DNA from: an uncultured Candidatus Saccharibacteria bacterium
Lineage (GTDB): Bacteria > Patescibacteriota > UBA1384 > DTJR01
Direction of reading: 5' to 3'
Length of the DNA: 64,000 nucleotides
NCBI GenBank assembly: GCA_964580065.1
Contig: CAZOJE010000001.1
Coordinates: 23,717-87,716, forward strand
Of this stretch, positions 16,901 to 24,882 are shown in pieces. The notes under the pieces were generated by a model that did no database searches, was not told the DNA's origin, and was given only the letters and a program-made list of their open reading frames with translations. Numbering within the stretch: the first letter of the stretch is position 1; each line of letters opens with the position of its first letter. The position numbers and the translations under genes were made by a program.

Positions 16901-18039
16901 GTCGAGTAAATGTTGCCTTTTCACGAGCAAGGCAGCAAGTTCATATCGTCACAAGTTTACCGGTAGAAAAATGGTCGGATGGAATCTGGATTAAAAGATA
17001 TCTTGAACATGTTCAAAAAAATGGCGAGGTAGATTTTTTTGAAACTGAGCTGAAGCCATTCGACTCTAAATATGAAGAAGATTTCTATCAAGAGATTTTA
17101 CGAGCCAATTTCACAAAAGGTTATATTATCCAAAATCAAGTTGAAAGCTGTGGATTTAAAATCGATTTCGTTCTAACAAATGTAGATAATGGAAAACAGT
17201 TGGCAATTGAATGTGACGGACCAACCCATTTTGAAAGTGAAGATGAAGGCGTTTATGTTCAGAGCGATTTCGAAAGACAGGCAATACTAGAAAGCGCCGG
17301 CTGGGTTTTTTATAGAACTAATTATGCCGATTGGATAAATAGGAATTTTAATCGAGCAACAATCACAGACGATATAAGTAGACACTTCGAGCTTTCAATA
17401 TTCAATAGCGAAGAAGATGAATCCACCAAACCGAATAAGGAAAGTGGCGATGAAGTAATCGACATAGATGTTGATGATTTAGAGGCACCCGATCAAAACG
17501 TAAAAGAGGGGAAGATATTCTCCGACACCTCAACTAAACTACCGGAAAAGGCTTTGCATCCCGTTGAGATGAAGATTGAAACAAAGAAAACTCAAAAAGA
17601 AAAATTAAGCGAGAAGAAAGATCGTCCGCACGCGAATAGTTTTAAAGATATATTTAAGTTTCCATTAGGTGGTAAAAGGAAACTTGTGGTTTCATCGTTT
17701 AATGATGACGAAGATTTAATAATTACAGAATATATAGAAACAGATTCCTATACAGGATATACACAGAAAAACATTGTTTTAAGTAAGAAAGACATTTTCC
17801 AGTTTGTTACAAAGTCTAGAGAGGTAATAAAGGACTCTGGAGAAGAAACGGTCCCTTGGCGAGGAAATGAAAAAGAAAAAATTATGATACGAATGATTGA
17901 TGATTCTACTATTGATGTCAGACAATATTTGAATACCAGTTGGTATTCTGGTTATACCAAAAAGGGGTTTAGGCTCGATAGTAAGACGTGGTCTAAATTT
18001 CTTGATGTATTGGAAAAAACAATAAGCCTCACAGAATAA
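13924..18039 (+). CDS. Upf1-like SF1 helicase (AAA_11/AAA_12, COG1112-type) fused to a DUF559/Vsr-like PD-(D/E)xK endonuclease domain, with a C-terminal extension containing a duplicated YTGYTQKNIVL / YSGYTKKGFRL module
   Basis: Walker A VEGPPGTGKSQT. Walker B VILDEASQ. Motif III/IV region YHYRSPKELIGFSNDNFY. Motif VI VAFSRARQQVHIV. Then KIDFVLTNVDNGKQLAIECDGPTHF...ERQAILESAGWVFYR is a DUF559-type nuclease. The acidic N-terminal region of about 300 aa is unassigned. Confidence 0.85.
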   Translation: MKEELKDIKSNIEIMNLIRYCQGYIKLVNPSFNRFRINSDPIEEKYLSTDILYQDSDEEDEFEINLTEFYENDPKNVPEEAKEEYAQQKELAQQLEQIKNRFNISEYTKQVNLNFGYFKVEVPEPEVDEFSEDDTEENKPKKKKSDIYPLFSLPIEVIVDRKFSIKLKDVNIIPNIGFLFDVLGEEKFYEFADFINKQEIEGALRLPIQKRTIDNIWAELKAKLKLSEAIFDEKSFDPDFFLVSLSGKSNYFLEQDFNSLLQLEETEFEDTSLSSWNTDDQLSIDEPVNERDGELFFPFPYNKDQVGVLSAIKNKACIVEGPPGTGKSQTIANLLCHFAANGKRVLFLSQKAQAIKVVKDYLKKLDVQYLYGYIPNRYSSLYNSEEERDGASISLQSIHLYLNSLAYDATDQTEEDPRSIKFEVEDKINETIEIERKIYSTYQEKEALEKYNIVALDFHKFNSSDDDEILQLLELDQTIDELKRQLDKYYSENSKYVIRLNKLFANIDTNNSHYSLAINGVINDIPQNAFERDGLIQNLKKQLIKNHLKKYTNTLPKEVYSFFQEIIDKSTSRAEKIKELNGLKDYFSFCENTIKNELDHVDFNGRLERIGLNQKSFNKLKKIVSSDQHGLENIRRYSQVHSEIEEIKLSNPNELNKYLHKIQDAEGKYIANYLQNIIINNLREITKNATIKGILARIAKSLQKSKKAYKTFDKFKNEPINFYVMREAVPIWIMDLEDVSRLIPLEKNLFDYVILDEASQCNIAYAMPAMFRAERAILVGDSEQMRDDSVRFKTNKSLEMLAKKFDIPDFLQIKAIGDSVQSIIDIGYKRGFMMKPLTYHYRSPKELIGFSNDNFYAPKGKKLKVINTNYLTYKDTNRVLVNHIIKPSKELDISSKSNIAEAKYICKLVEELKTDPKTKNKSIGVLSFFANQAALLRDMIKDEKIKVSIIEGIQGDEKDIIIYSMVICDPGQKRMYIPLTGEGGEINKGLNEGRVNVAFSRARQQVHIVTSLPVEKWSDGIWIKRYLEHVQKNGEVDFFETELKPFDSKYEEDFYQEILRANFTKGYIIQNQVESCGFKIDFVLTNVDNGKQLAIECDGPTHFESEDEGVYVQSDFERQAILESAGWVFYRTNYADWINRNFNRATITDDISRHFELSIFNSEEDESTKPNKESGDEVIDIDVDDLEAPDQNVKEGKIFSDTSTKLPEKALHPVEMKIETKKTQKEKLSEKKDRPHANSFKDIFKFPLGGKRKLVVSSFNDDEDLIITEYIETDSYTGYTQKNIVLSKKDIFQFVTKSREVIKDSGEETVPWRGNEKEKIMIRMIDDSTIDVRQYLNTSWYSGYTKKGFRLDSKTWSKFLDVLEKTISLTE

Positions 18040-18048
18040 AGGACAAAT

Positions 18049-18834
18049 ATGTGGTTCTGGATATTTGTAATCGGCGGCATAATTTTATATGCAATTGCTA
18101 ACTCTGGTAAGGAAAAGAGTAAACCAAATATTAGATATTCTTATAAAGTCAGTGAACCTAACTACAACACTGAATACTCATTTAAACCAGCGAAGCCGAG
18201 TGCGCTTCCAGAGAATGATCCCGTTATTGACGCACTGCGAGGATATATAGAGGCGGGCTGGGAAATAAAAATAAGATACTGCAATTCAAGCGGAACTACT
18301 ACTAGCAGAAGGATAAAACCTTTAGAAATTCTGGTATGGAACGGCCAGTATTATTTGAAGGCAGTCTGCCTATTAAGAGAGGAAGAAAGAACGTTTAAAA
18401 TTAAGAGAATACTCGCAATAAACGATGAGAGTATTGAAAAGAAAAGAGAGACAAAGGCTCAATTTATAAGAAGTAGGGTATTGCTTGTTGAAAAAAACGA
18501 GGAAATATTAGCTAGTTGTAAATCTTTTTTGAGAAAAAATAGAATTTCAACTTCAACCGCTCAAGATGGAATTTCAGCTTTAGACAAGGCCGAGAAAGGC
18601 AACTTCGATTTGATTTTCCTCAGTCAAAATATCCCATACGTTAGTGGAATTGAGGTACTCCGCAATATCAAAAAAAGAGGTTTGACTGGAGCGAAAGTAG
18701 TTATGGTAACAACTAAACCAGATGCAAAAATAAAGGAAGAGGCCGAGCGACTTGGTGTAAGCGACTACTTTGTGTTTTCGGATGATTCTAAGGAGGAGCT
18801 TACTTCTGCCCTGGAATATTTCTTATCACAATAA
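18049..18834 (+). CDS. membrane-anchored WYL-domain + response-regulator receiver (REC) fusion protein
   Basis: N-terminal TM helix WFWIFVIGGIILYAIA. WYL domain IKIRYCNSSGTTTSRRIKPLEILVWNGQYYLKAVCLLREEERTFKIKRI. REC domain with VLLVE, FDLIFLS (phospho-acceptor Asp), VVMVTT and KP. Confidence 0.75.
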   Translation: MWFWIFVIGGIILYAIANSGKEKSKPNIRYSYKVSEPNYNTEYSFKPAKPSALPENDPVIDALRGYIEAGWEIKIRYCNSSGTTTSRRIKPLEILVWNGQYYLKAVCLLREEERTFKIKRILAINDESIEKKRETKAQFIRSRVLLVEKNEEILASCKSFLRKNRISTSTAQDGISALDKAEKGNFDLIFLSQNIPYVSGIEVLRNIKKRGLTGAKVVMVTTKPDAKIKEEAERLGVSDYFVFSDDSKEELTSALEYFLSQ

Positions 18835-18840
18835 ATAATT

Positions 18841-20094
18841 ATGAATAAAATAATCCTACAAATATCTGAGCTCAATAAATTAATATCCGACCATATTAAT
18901 CATCTCGAGGAATTTGAGGTTGAAGCAGAAATTTCCGACTGGAGGCTGTTCGGTGGAAAGCTTTTCTATTTTAAGCTCAAAGACAAAAAATCATCCGTTT
19001 CCGCAATGACAAACATTTTTGAGTTAACAAACTGGAGAGATTTTGAGGATGGCATGTTGGTCCGCGCAAAAATTTCAATAAAGTTCAATCAGCTCAAAGG
19101 CACTCTCTATGCATGGGTCGAGGAAATGAACCCACACGGCGAAGGTGCTTTAAAGATAGCTTTCGAGAAGCTTAGAAAACGTCTCGAAACAGAGGGATTG
19201 TTTTCCCAAGAAAGAAAGAGGCATATTGTTCGTTACCCACAACGCTTAGGACTCATTACCTCCAAGGATGGTGCTGCAATCAAGGATTTCGAAAAGATAT
19301 TAAATTCGAGGATGGGAGGCCTGACTATTTATTTTCATCCCGTCAAAGTTGAAGGGAAAGATGCTGTTCCCAGCATTATTGAAGCTTTTTCTTATTTTAA
19401 CAATTTTAAAGAATCGCTTGATGCTATAGTTTTAATTCGAGGAGGCGGTAGTCTTGAAAATCTTCAGGTATTTAATGATGAGAGGATAGCCCGATGTGTT
19501 GCGGGTTCTCGTTACCCAGTCATTTGTGGGGTTGGCCACGAGCATGATGTAAGTTTGTGTGATTTGTGTGCTGACGTTAGAGCTTCGACACCGTCCAATG
19601 CAGCTGAATTGCTTGTCGAGAACAAGGTCCATACACAGAAGATTATAGACACATCGTTAGATAAAATCAGGGGCATCATCAAATTCAAAATTGGTGGAAC
19701 CTCCCAGCAAATAGAGAGCCATTTATTGTTAATCAGCCACTCCATCAAGAACGAACTTCAAAGTAAAAAACTTATCGTTATCGAAATTAATTCTTCGCTT
19801 TTTCGTTATAAATCACAATTTAGTAATTTTGAGCAACAAATTTCTCAATCAGTTGTATCGATATCAAGAGTATTTGTTCACAGATTAGATATTTCTAAAC
19901 AATACCTCGCTCAAACAGCTGTTTTTCTTAAATCGGTAAGTCCTAAAAATATAATGGCAATGGGATATTCTGTTGTCAAAGACGAAAAACAAAAAATCGT
20001 ACGAGACTCCGAACAGTTAGAAATAGAATCTAACTTATGCGCCTACTTTTTAAAGGGGTCTATTAAAGCTAAAGTAATTAAGAAAGGGGTATAA
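18841..20094 (+). CDS. xseA: exodeoxyribonuclease VII large subunit
   Basis: LGLITSKDGAAIKD...LIRGGGSLENLQVFNDERIARCVAGSRYPVICGVGHEHDVSLCDLCADVRASTPSNAAE matches conserved XseA blocks. Confidence 0.9.
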   Translation: MNKIILQISELNKLISDHINHLEEFEVEAEISDWRLFGGKLFYFKLKDKKSSVSAMTNIFELTNWRDFEDGMLVRAKISIKFNQLKGTLYAWVEEMNPHGEGALKIAFEKLRKRLETEGLFSQERKRHIVRYPQRLGLITSKDGAAIKDFEKILNSRMGGLTIYFHPVKVEGKDAVPSIIEAFSYFNNFKESLDAIVLIRGGGSLENLQVFNDERIARCVAGSRYPVICGVGHEHDVSLCDLCADVRASTPSNAAELLVENKVHTQKIIDTSLDKIRGIIKFKIGGTSQQIESHLLLISHSIKNELQSKKLIVIEINSSLFRYKSQFSNFEQQISQSVVSISRVFVHRLDISKQYLAQTAVFLKSVSPKNIMAMGYSVVKDEKQKIVRDSEQLEIESNLCAYFLKGSIKAKVIKKGV

Positions 20095-20095
20095 A

Positions 20096-20296
20096 ATGCC
20101 AGAAGAAAAGACTTTTGCAGAAAAAATGAAAGAATTAGATACTATAAAGGAAAAATTTGAATCGGGAAATTTCGATTTAGAGAAAGATTTGCCGTTATAT
20201 AAGAGAGCTGTTCAGCTTGCTACCGATTTAAAAGAGCATCTGAATAAGCTCGAGAATGAGATTATAGAGATCGAAGCAAAAAAGGAAAATGAATAA
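20096..20296 (+). CDS. xseB: exodeoxyribonuclease VII small subunit
   Basis: 66-aa coiled-coil protein FAEKMKELDTIKEKFESGNFDLEKDLPLYKRAVQL, immediately after xseA. Confidence 0.85.
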   Translation: MPEEKTFAEKMKELDTIKEKFESGNFDLEKDLPLYKRAVQLATDLKEHLNKLENEIIEIEAKKENE

Positions 20297-21830
20297 AAAA
20301 GATAAAAAGATAACAGCTTCCATTCTTTATGACTATGTTCAGTGCCCACACAAAGTATGGCGGGATGTTTATGGTCCACAAAATGAGAAAATCATCGAGC
20401 CAAATCCTTTTGTAGAGTTGCTATGGCGGAAGGGTATACAACACGAAAAAAGGGTTGTGTTGACCTTTGGCGAATATCTTGATTTAAGTAAGGGAACCCT
20501 GGATGAGCGAATCTCAAAAACCATCGAAGCTCTCAGGGATGAAGTGCCATTGATTTATCAAGGGGTATTAAAACATGAAAATTTACTTGGAATACCCGAC
20601 CTCTTGAAACGCCAGTCTGACGGATCATACATTCCTATCGACATTAAGTCTGGTTCAGCCTTTGAAGGTGGAAGTGATGATGGCGCTGGGGATGAGGGTA
20701 AACCAAGATTACATTATGCAATTCAGCTCTGCTTGTATAATGAACTGTTAAAGAAACTTGGATTTGCAGAGCATGATAAAGGTCAAGTGATCGATATACA
20801 TCACGACCAGGTTGAATATGATCTATCGGCGCCCAAAGGATTAAGAGATAAGACGACTTGGTGGAAAAATTACGAAAAGATAAAAACTGATGTTAGGTTA
20901 CTTATGCTGGACCAGACAAAAAATAAGCCGTCTTATTCGAGTAAATGCAAGTTGTGCCCCTGGTATCAAAGTTGCAAGAGGTGGTGCAAAGAAAATAATG
21001 ATCTGACGAATATTTTTGACATGGGAAGAGCTAGTAGGGATAGAATAAACGAAGACCTCTATATCGAAAATTTAAATGATTTAATGTCGATTGATATTGC
21101 TTCGATAATGCAACAAAAAGAACAAGAAAAAAAGGCAGGAAATAAAACTTTTCTATTTAACATTTCCGACAACACCCTGAAGAAGGCTGTTGAAAGAGCG
21201 AGAATCTCTTTAATAACTAAGATTCCTGTATTATACGAACCGATTGATTTTCCCGATGTGAGTTATGAACTTTTTTTTGACATTGAAGATGATCCGACTC
21301 AGGAATTTGTATATTTACACGGTGTCTATGAGAGAAGAAACGGCGCAGAGCGTTTTCTAGATTTTACGGCTAAAGAAATTAGTCCTGAGGCCGAAAAAGA
21401 GGCATGGGCCAACTTTTGGAAGTATATTGACTCGCTACCACAAGATGATTTTACGGTTTACTATTACACGCATCATGAAAAGACAACATATACCAAAATG
21501 CAAAAGCTCTATCCGGATGTGATATCAGCGGAAAAGATTGAGAATTTTTTTTCAAATCCTAACGTGATCGATTTGTACAAAGTTGTACGATCAAAGACAA
21601 ACTGGCCTGTACCAAGTTATTCACTCAAAGAGATTGCGGTTTACCTCGGCTTTGAATGGCGCGATGAAACACCTTCTGGCGCACTCTCCATCCAGTGGTT
21701 TAATGAGTATATAGAGAAGAAAGATCCTAAGATGTTGGAGAGAATACTGCTCTATAACGAAGATGACTGTAAAGCAACGTTAGTTATTAAGGATGCAATT
21801 AGTAAGTTAAATAATGAGTTGGCTAAGTAA
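20289..21830 (+). CDS. RecB-family nuclease, TM0106 type (Cas4-like PD-(D/E)xK N-domain with Cys cluster + C-terminal RNase H-like exonuclease-fold domain)
   Basis: YDYVQCPHKVW...IPDLL...IDIKSG matches the Cas4/RecB nuclease core. Cys cluster CKLCPWYQSC..C. C-terminal YNEDDCKAT. Confidence 0.7.
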   Translation: MNKKDKKITASILYDYVQCPHKVWRDVYGPQNEKIIEPNPFVELLWRKGIQHEKRVVLTFGEYLDLSKGTLDERISKTIEALRDEVPLIYQGVLKHENLLGIPDLLKRQSDGSYIPIDIKSGSAFEGGSDDGAGDEGKPRLHYAIQLCLYNELLKKLGFAEHDKGQVIDIHHDQVEYDLSAPKGLRDKTTWWKNYEKIKTDVRLLMLDQTKNKPSYSSKCKLCPWYQSCKRWCKENNDLTNIFDMGRASRDRINEDLYIENLNDLMSIDIASIMQQKEQEKKAGNKTFLFNISDNTLKKAVERARISLITKIPVLYEPIDFPDVSYELFFDIEDDPTQEFVYLHGVYERRNGAERFLDFTAKEISPEAEKEAWANFWKYIDSLPQDDFTVYYYTHHEKTTYTKMQKLYPDVISAEKIENFFSNPNVIDLYKVVRSKTNWPVPSYSLKEIAVYLGFEWRDETPSGALSIQWFNEYIEKKDPKMLERILLYNEDDCKATLVIKDAISKLNNELAK

Positions 21831-22785
21831 TTTATTTTCGAGCGAACCTGCTAAAACAAATCAAAACGCTGTTTGCGTTACTAAAAGCGAAATAATTGCT
21901 GGCTCGAGATTTTCTATACCCGAGCCAACTAGGTCGTTGGTTTTTGTAACTGATGATTCTCCCGATAAAGCCCAAGCTCTAGGGCCATCAATAAGGATTA
22001 CTTTCAATCTGGGTAGTCTTGAAACCGAACGGGAGGTTGAAGAAGGAAATATTTTTTCCGAACCTAGCCTAATATGGACAAGACTTCCAATAAAACCAAA
22101 TAGTGATTTAGAAGATAAGCCAATGTATTATCCATGCTATGTCCATCTAAATCCTCTGCAGAGATATCAGTATCTTAGTTGGCTTCAGGACGTTACCAAG
22201 AAGACAAATTTGAGCTATGTCTTTTTATATTATTATGGTCTCGAAAGGCACCTATTGATCGGTGACTATGATAAAGCAGTTGATGAAATACTTAGATTAA
22301 TTAAATATCATGATCATGATAAATTTCGCTACTATGTAATTACACCACTTATCGTTGCCAGCCTGTACAGAAAGAGGGTGGATGTATTCAAAAAGGCTGA
22401 CTTTTTGTCTCGCGAGGTTTCCAATGAAGCACTGATCATGCGAGCCCTACAGAATATTCACTTAAATGCTGATGACTTGATCAAATTATCTTCATCGGTC
22501 GGGTTTAGAAATAAGAGGTATATTCATCAGAAGCCAGAATTATTTAAAGAAATTCTGATTGAAAAAATGCAAGAAGATGAAGCAAAAAGCGTCCCCATTC
22601 TCAATAGGTTCGAAATAAGTCAGCTCCAAAAGGAAAAAATATCTGCTTTTTGCAATCTATCGATCCCGGAGAGATTCAAAAAGCTTGAGACTCCCCAGCT
22701 CTTAAGGAATAAGCGCTTTGAAAAATTAATTTTCAACTTAATAACCGAAACTCACGCAGAAGTGAAGATCAGAAAAGAAGTATAA
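21814..22785 (+). CDS. TerB-N domain-containing protein (hypothetical; conflict-system associated)
   Basis: YYPCYVHLNPLQRYQYLSWLQD...SYVFLYYYGLERHLL matches, as I remember it, the TerB_N signature (Y.FLYlYGLERR). Confidence 0.5.
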   Translation: MSWLSNLFSSEPAKTNQNAVCVTKSEIIAGSRFSIPEPTRSLVFVTDDSPDKAQALGPSIRITFNLGSLETEREVEEGNIFSEPSLIWTRLPIKPNSDLEDKPMYYPCYVHLNPLQRYQYLSWLQDVTKKTNLSYVFLYYYGLERHLLIGDYDKAVDEILRLIKYHDHDKFRYYVITPLIVASLYRKRVDVFKKADFLSREVSNEALIMRALQNIHLNADDLIKLSSSVGFRNKRYIHQKPELFKEILIEKMQEDEAKSVPILNRFEISQLQKEKISAFCNLSIPERFKKLETPQLLRNKRFEKLIFNLITETHAEVKIRKEV

Positions 22786-22814
22786 CCAATTCAAAGCAAG
22801 AACAGGAGTTAAAG

Positions 22815-24413
22815 TCAAGATCTCCTATATGGCAGCCCATCTGACCCGAACTCAATCGAAGAGCTTTTGCCCGGTCCCCAAGGATGGCGATTTAATCTCT
22901 TGAACATCTCTCGATCGTCTTTGTCTCCCCAATCCTCGCCTCGTCTTTTTCCTAAAGTTCCACTAATTAGGCCATTGGTCTCAACAAACAGGACGCCACA
23001 ATTACTTGGCATTTTCTCAATTAGTCCAAGAATTAAGATGCTAAATGCATCTGCCATGTCATCATGTCTTGTTCTACCGAAATCCACGAGTTGCTTGATC
23101 AGTTCTTCGCAGCCATTTCGGGGAAAATACACTTTGCTCTGGTAAACCTTATTGGCAGCAAGTTCGAGGCGTTCTCTTTTATCTTTGCCTCTAATTTTGA
23201 CTCCAACTGCATCGATGTTGCGCTCCCTTAACTGTTGAGTCACATAGCCCTGAAGCATCGTATCTTCAACATAAAACTTATTGCTGAATCTGCCATCGTG
23301 TACTTTGCAGATATCCTCGGCACGCTCCAGAATTTCAGTAAATTTCAGGCGTGCATTGACGGGGTTTGGCAAGATATAAACTTCAAAGTTATCGCCCGAT
23401 CCAACAACTTTTGCCGAAACAAGCGAGGTAAAATCAGCTGTCGCTTTTTCGCTAATTGCCAAGTCAATTCCGGTGGCGAAACTATAGGATTGATTTCGTA
23501 AGTTTTCTGGCAGTTTATCGTAGTATTGAATCTTGTCTTCGGTAATGACACGCTCTCTGTCATCAATAATGTGAAGCAGATATTCTTTATTCCATGTTTT
23601 TTCGTCTCCAACTCGGAGTCGTTCATCTTCGACTGCCTTCAAATCCTCGTACTTTCCAGGCCAGGCAATATTGTCATACTCATCAAGAAGCGGATATTTT
23701 CTGAATATTCCCGAGAGCTTCTCGTGGACAATAAGATTTTCAAGACGCTTCAGTAAGCTGTCTTCGTGAAGCAGATTACCGACTATTATGATTTTAGTTC
23801 CCTTATCACCGAGAGGGAACACTTCGCTCGTTAACCAGTTGAAAGTACTCTCTCTGGCTTCCTGTGTTTTCACCGAATCTGTGTTCTCAACATCGTCAGC
23901 TACTATCAGGTCCGGGCGATATCGGCCGTGTCTGATGCCGCGAAAACTTTGATCCTTGGATACGGCAATGATTTTGGCGTTGTACCGGGGAATAACTAAA
24001 CTACAATTATTCCACTCATCGGTTTCTTGAAAGGGACCAAGATCACGCTTCAATAAGTCGTTTGTTTCAAGCTCGCGTTTTAAGTTTTTGAAGTGAAGTT
24101 TGGCCTGTTCGGCAGTCTGCGAGATTAATACCACAAACTTCTTTTGTGGACGTCCAACAACGGCCCAGATTGGATAGCTTAGAGTCATAAGCGTTGATTT
24201 GGCTGATCCGCGAAAACTACATATAGCGGCGAGACTTATATCATCTCGCTCAGTAATCGCAAACATTTCTTTGTGAAATTCTGCAATTTTGTACTGAACG
24301 AATGAACTTAAGTAGGTGTGAAAGAACCATACATGGCTTTTCTTGGTTAGATCTGCCCTTGTTGCTTGGTTTTTGATGATTTTACTTATTTGGTTTTTCT
24401 TTTTTCTTTTCAT
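22815..24413 (-). CDS. phage terminase large subunit
   Basis: Walker A-like SFRGSAKSTL. Walker B LIVADDVEN. C-terminal RNase H-like nuclease ATGIDLA...RHDDMADAF. Confidence 0.85.
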   Translation of the reverse strand: MKRKKKNQISKIIKNQATRADLTKKSHVWFFHTYLSSFVQYKIAEFHKEMFAITERDDISLAAICSFRGSAKSTLMTLSYPIWAVVGRPQKKFVVLISQTAEQAKLHFKNLKRELETNDLLKRDLGPFQETDEWNNCSLVIPRYNAKIIAVSKDQSFRGIRHGRYRPDLIVADDVENTDSVKTQEARESTFNWLTSEVFPLGDKGTKIIIVGNLLHEDSLLKRLENLIVHEKLSGIFRKYPLLDEYDNIAWPGKYEDLKAVEDERLRVGDEKTWNKEYLLHIIDDRERVITEDKIQYYDKLPENLRNQSYSFATGIDLAISEKATADFTSLVSAKVVGSGDNFEVYILPNPVNARLKFTEILERAEDICKVHDGRFSNKFYVEDTMLQGYVTQQLRERNIDAVGVKIRGKDKRERLELAANKVYQSKVYFPRNGCEELIKQLVDFGRTRHDDMADAFSILILGLIEKMPSNCGVLFVETNGLISGTLGKRRGEDWGDKDDREMFKRLNRHPWGPGKSSSIEFGSDGLPYRRS

Positions 24414-24882
24414 TTTCCTCTCCTTTGGAAGTAATGAGCGTGGCCAGTTCTAGTGCTTTCATAATGCTCTCTTCCTGCTCCTTAGTTAACTCATCTTTTT
24501 TGATTTCTAGACCACCCGATACCTCAAGTTTATTCTTGTAGGCGTTGTGGCGGTGATTGAGCCAATACATCACAGCGGTCAGATTATTATCTTTCATCGC
24601 TGTAATGAGCTTGCTTTCTGCCAAATCATTTATGAATTGGCAACCCTCCTCAATTGCTTTATCACTTGAAGCAGCAAATTTTTTGCTTGCTTTTCGCCAG
24701 CGATAATATGTATTTCGACTGATACCAACTTTTTGGCAAGCGACTTCGATAATTGGGGTTTTGCTGAATTGCTCAACTAGGGTTTTTTGATTTTGCGCAG
24801 TTCTGATCTGAATCTTCGAATCTACATCACTCATTTTGCCTTCTTGATCAGCTCTGACTTTTGCCCGGTGAATTTTTCCCAA
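24382..24882 (-). CDS. putative terminase small subunit (HTH protein)
   Basis: Overlaps the terminase large-subunit start. HTH CQKVGISRNTYYRWRK. Position and size are typical. Confidence 0.5.
   Translation of the reverse strand: MGKIHRAKVRADQEGKMSDVDSKIQIRTAQNQKTLVEQFSKTPIIEVACQKVGISRNTYYRWRKASKKFAASSDKAIEEGCQFINDLAESKLITAMKDNNLTAVMYWLNHRHNAYKNKLEVSGGLEIKKDELTKEQEESIMKALELATLITSKGEENEKKKEKPNK

Noticed and set aside
9802-18834. att direct repeat of the tRNA-Arg(TCG) 3' end marking the far boundary of the island
   Set aside because: I could not find a convincing 15-bp or longer match by eye. The island is called on gene content only, with boundary unknown.
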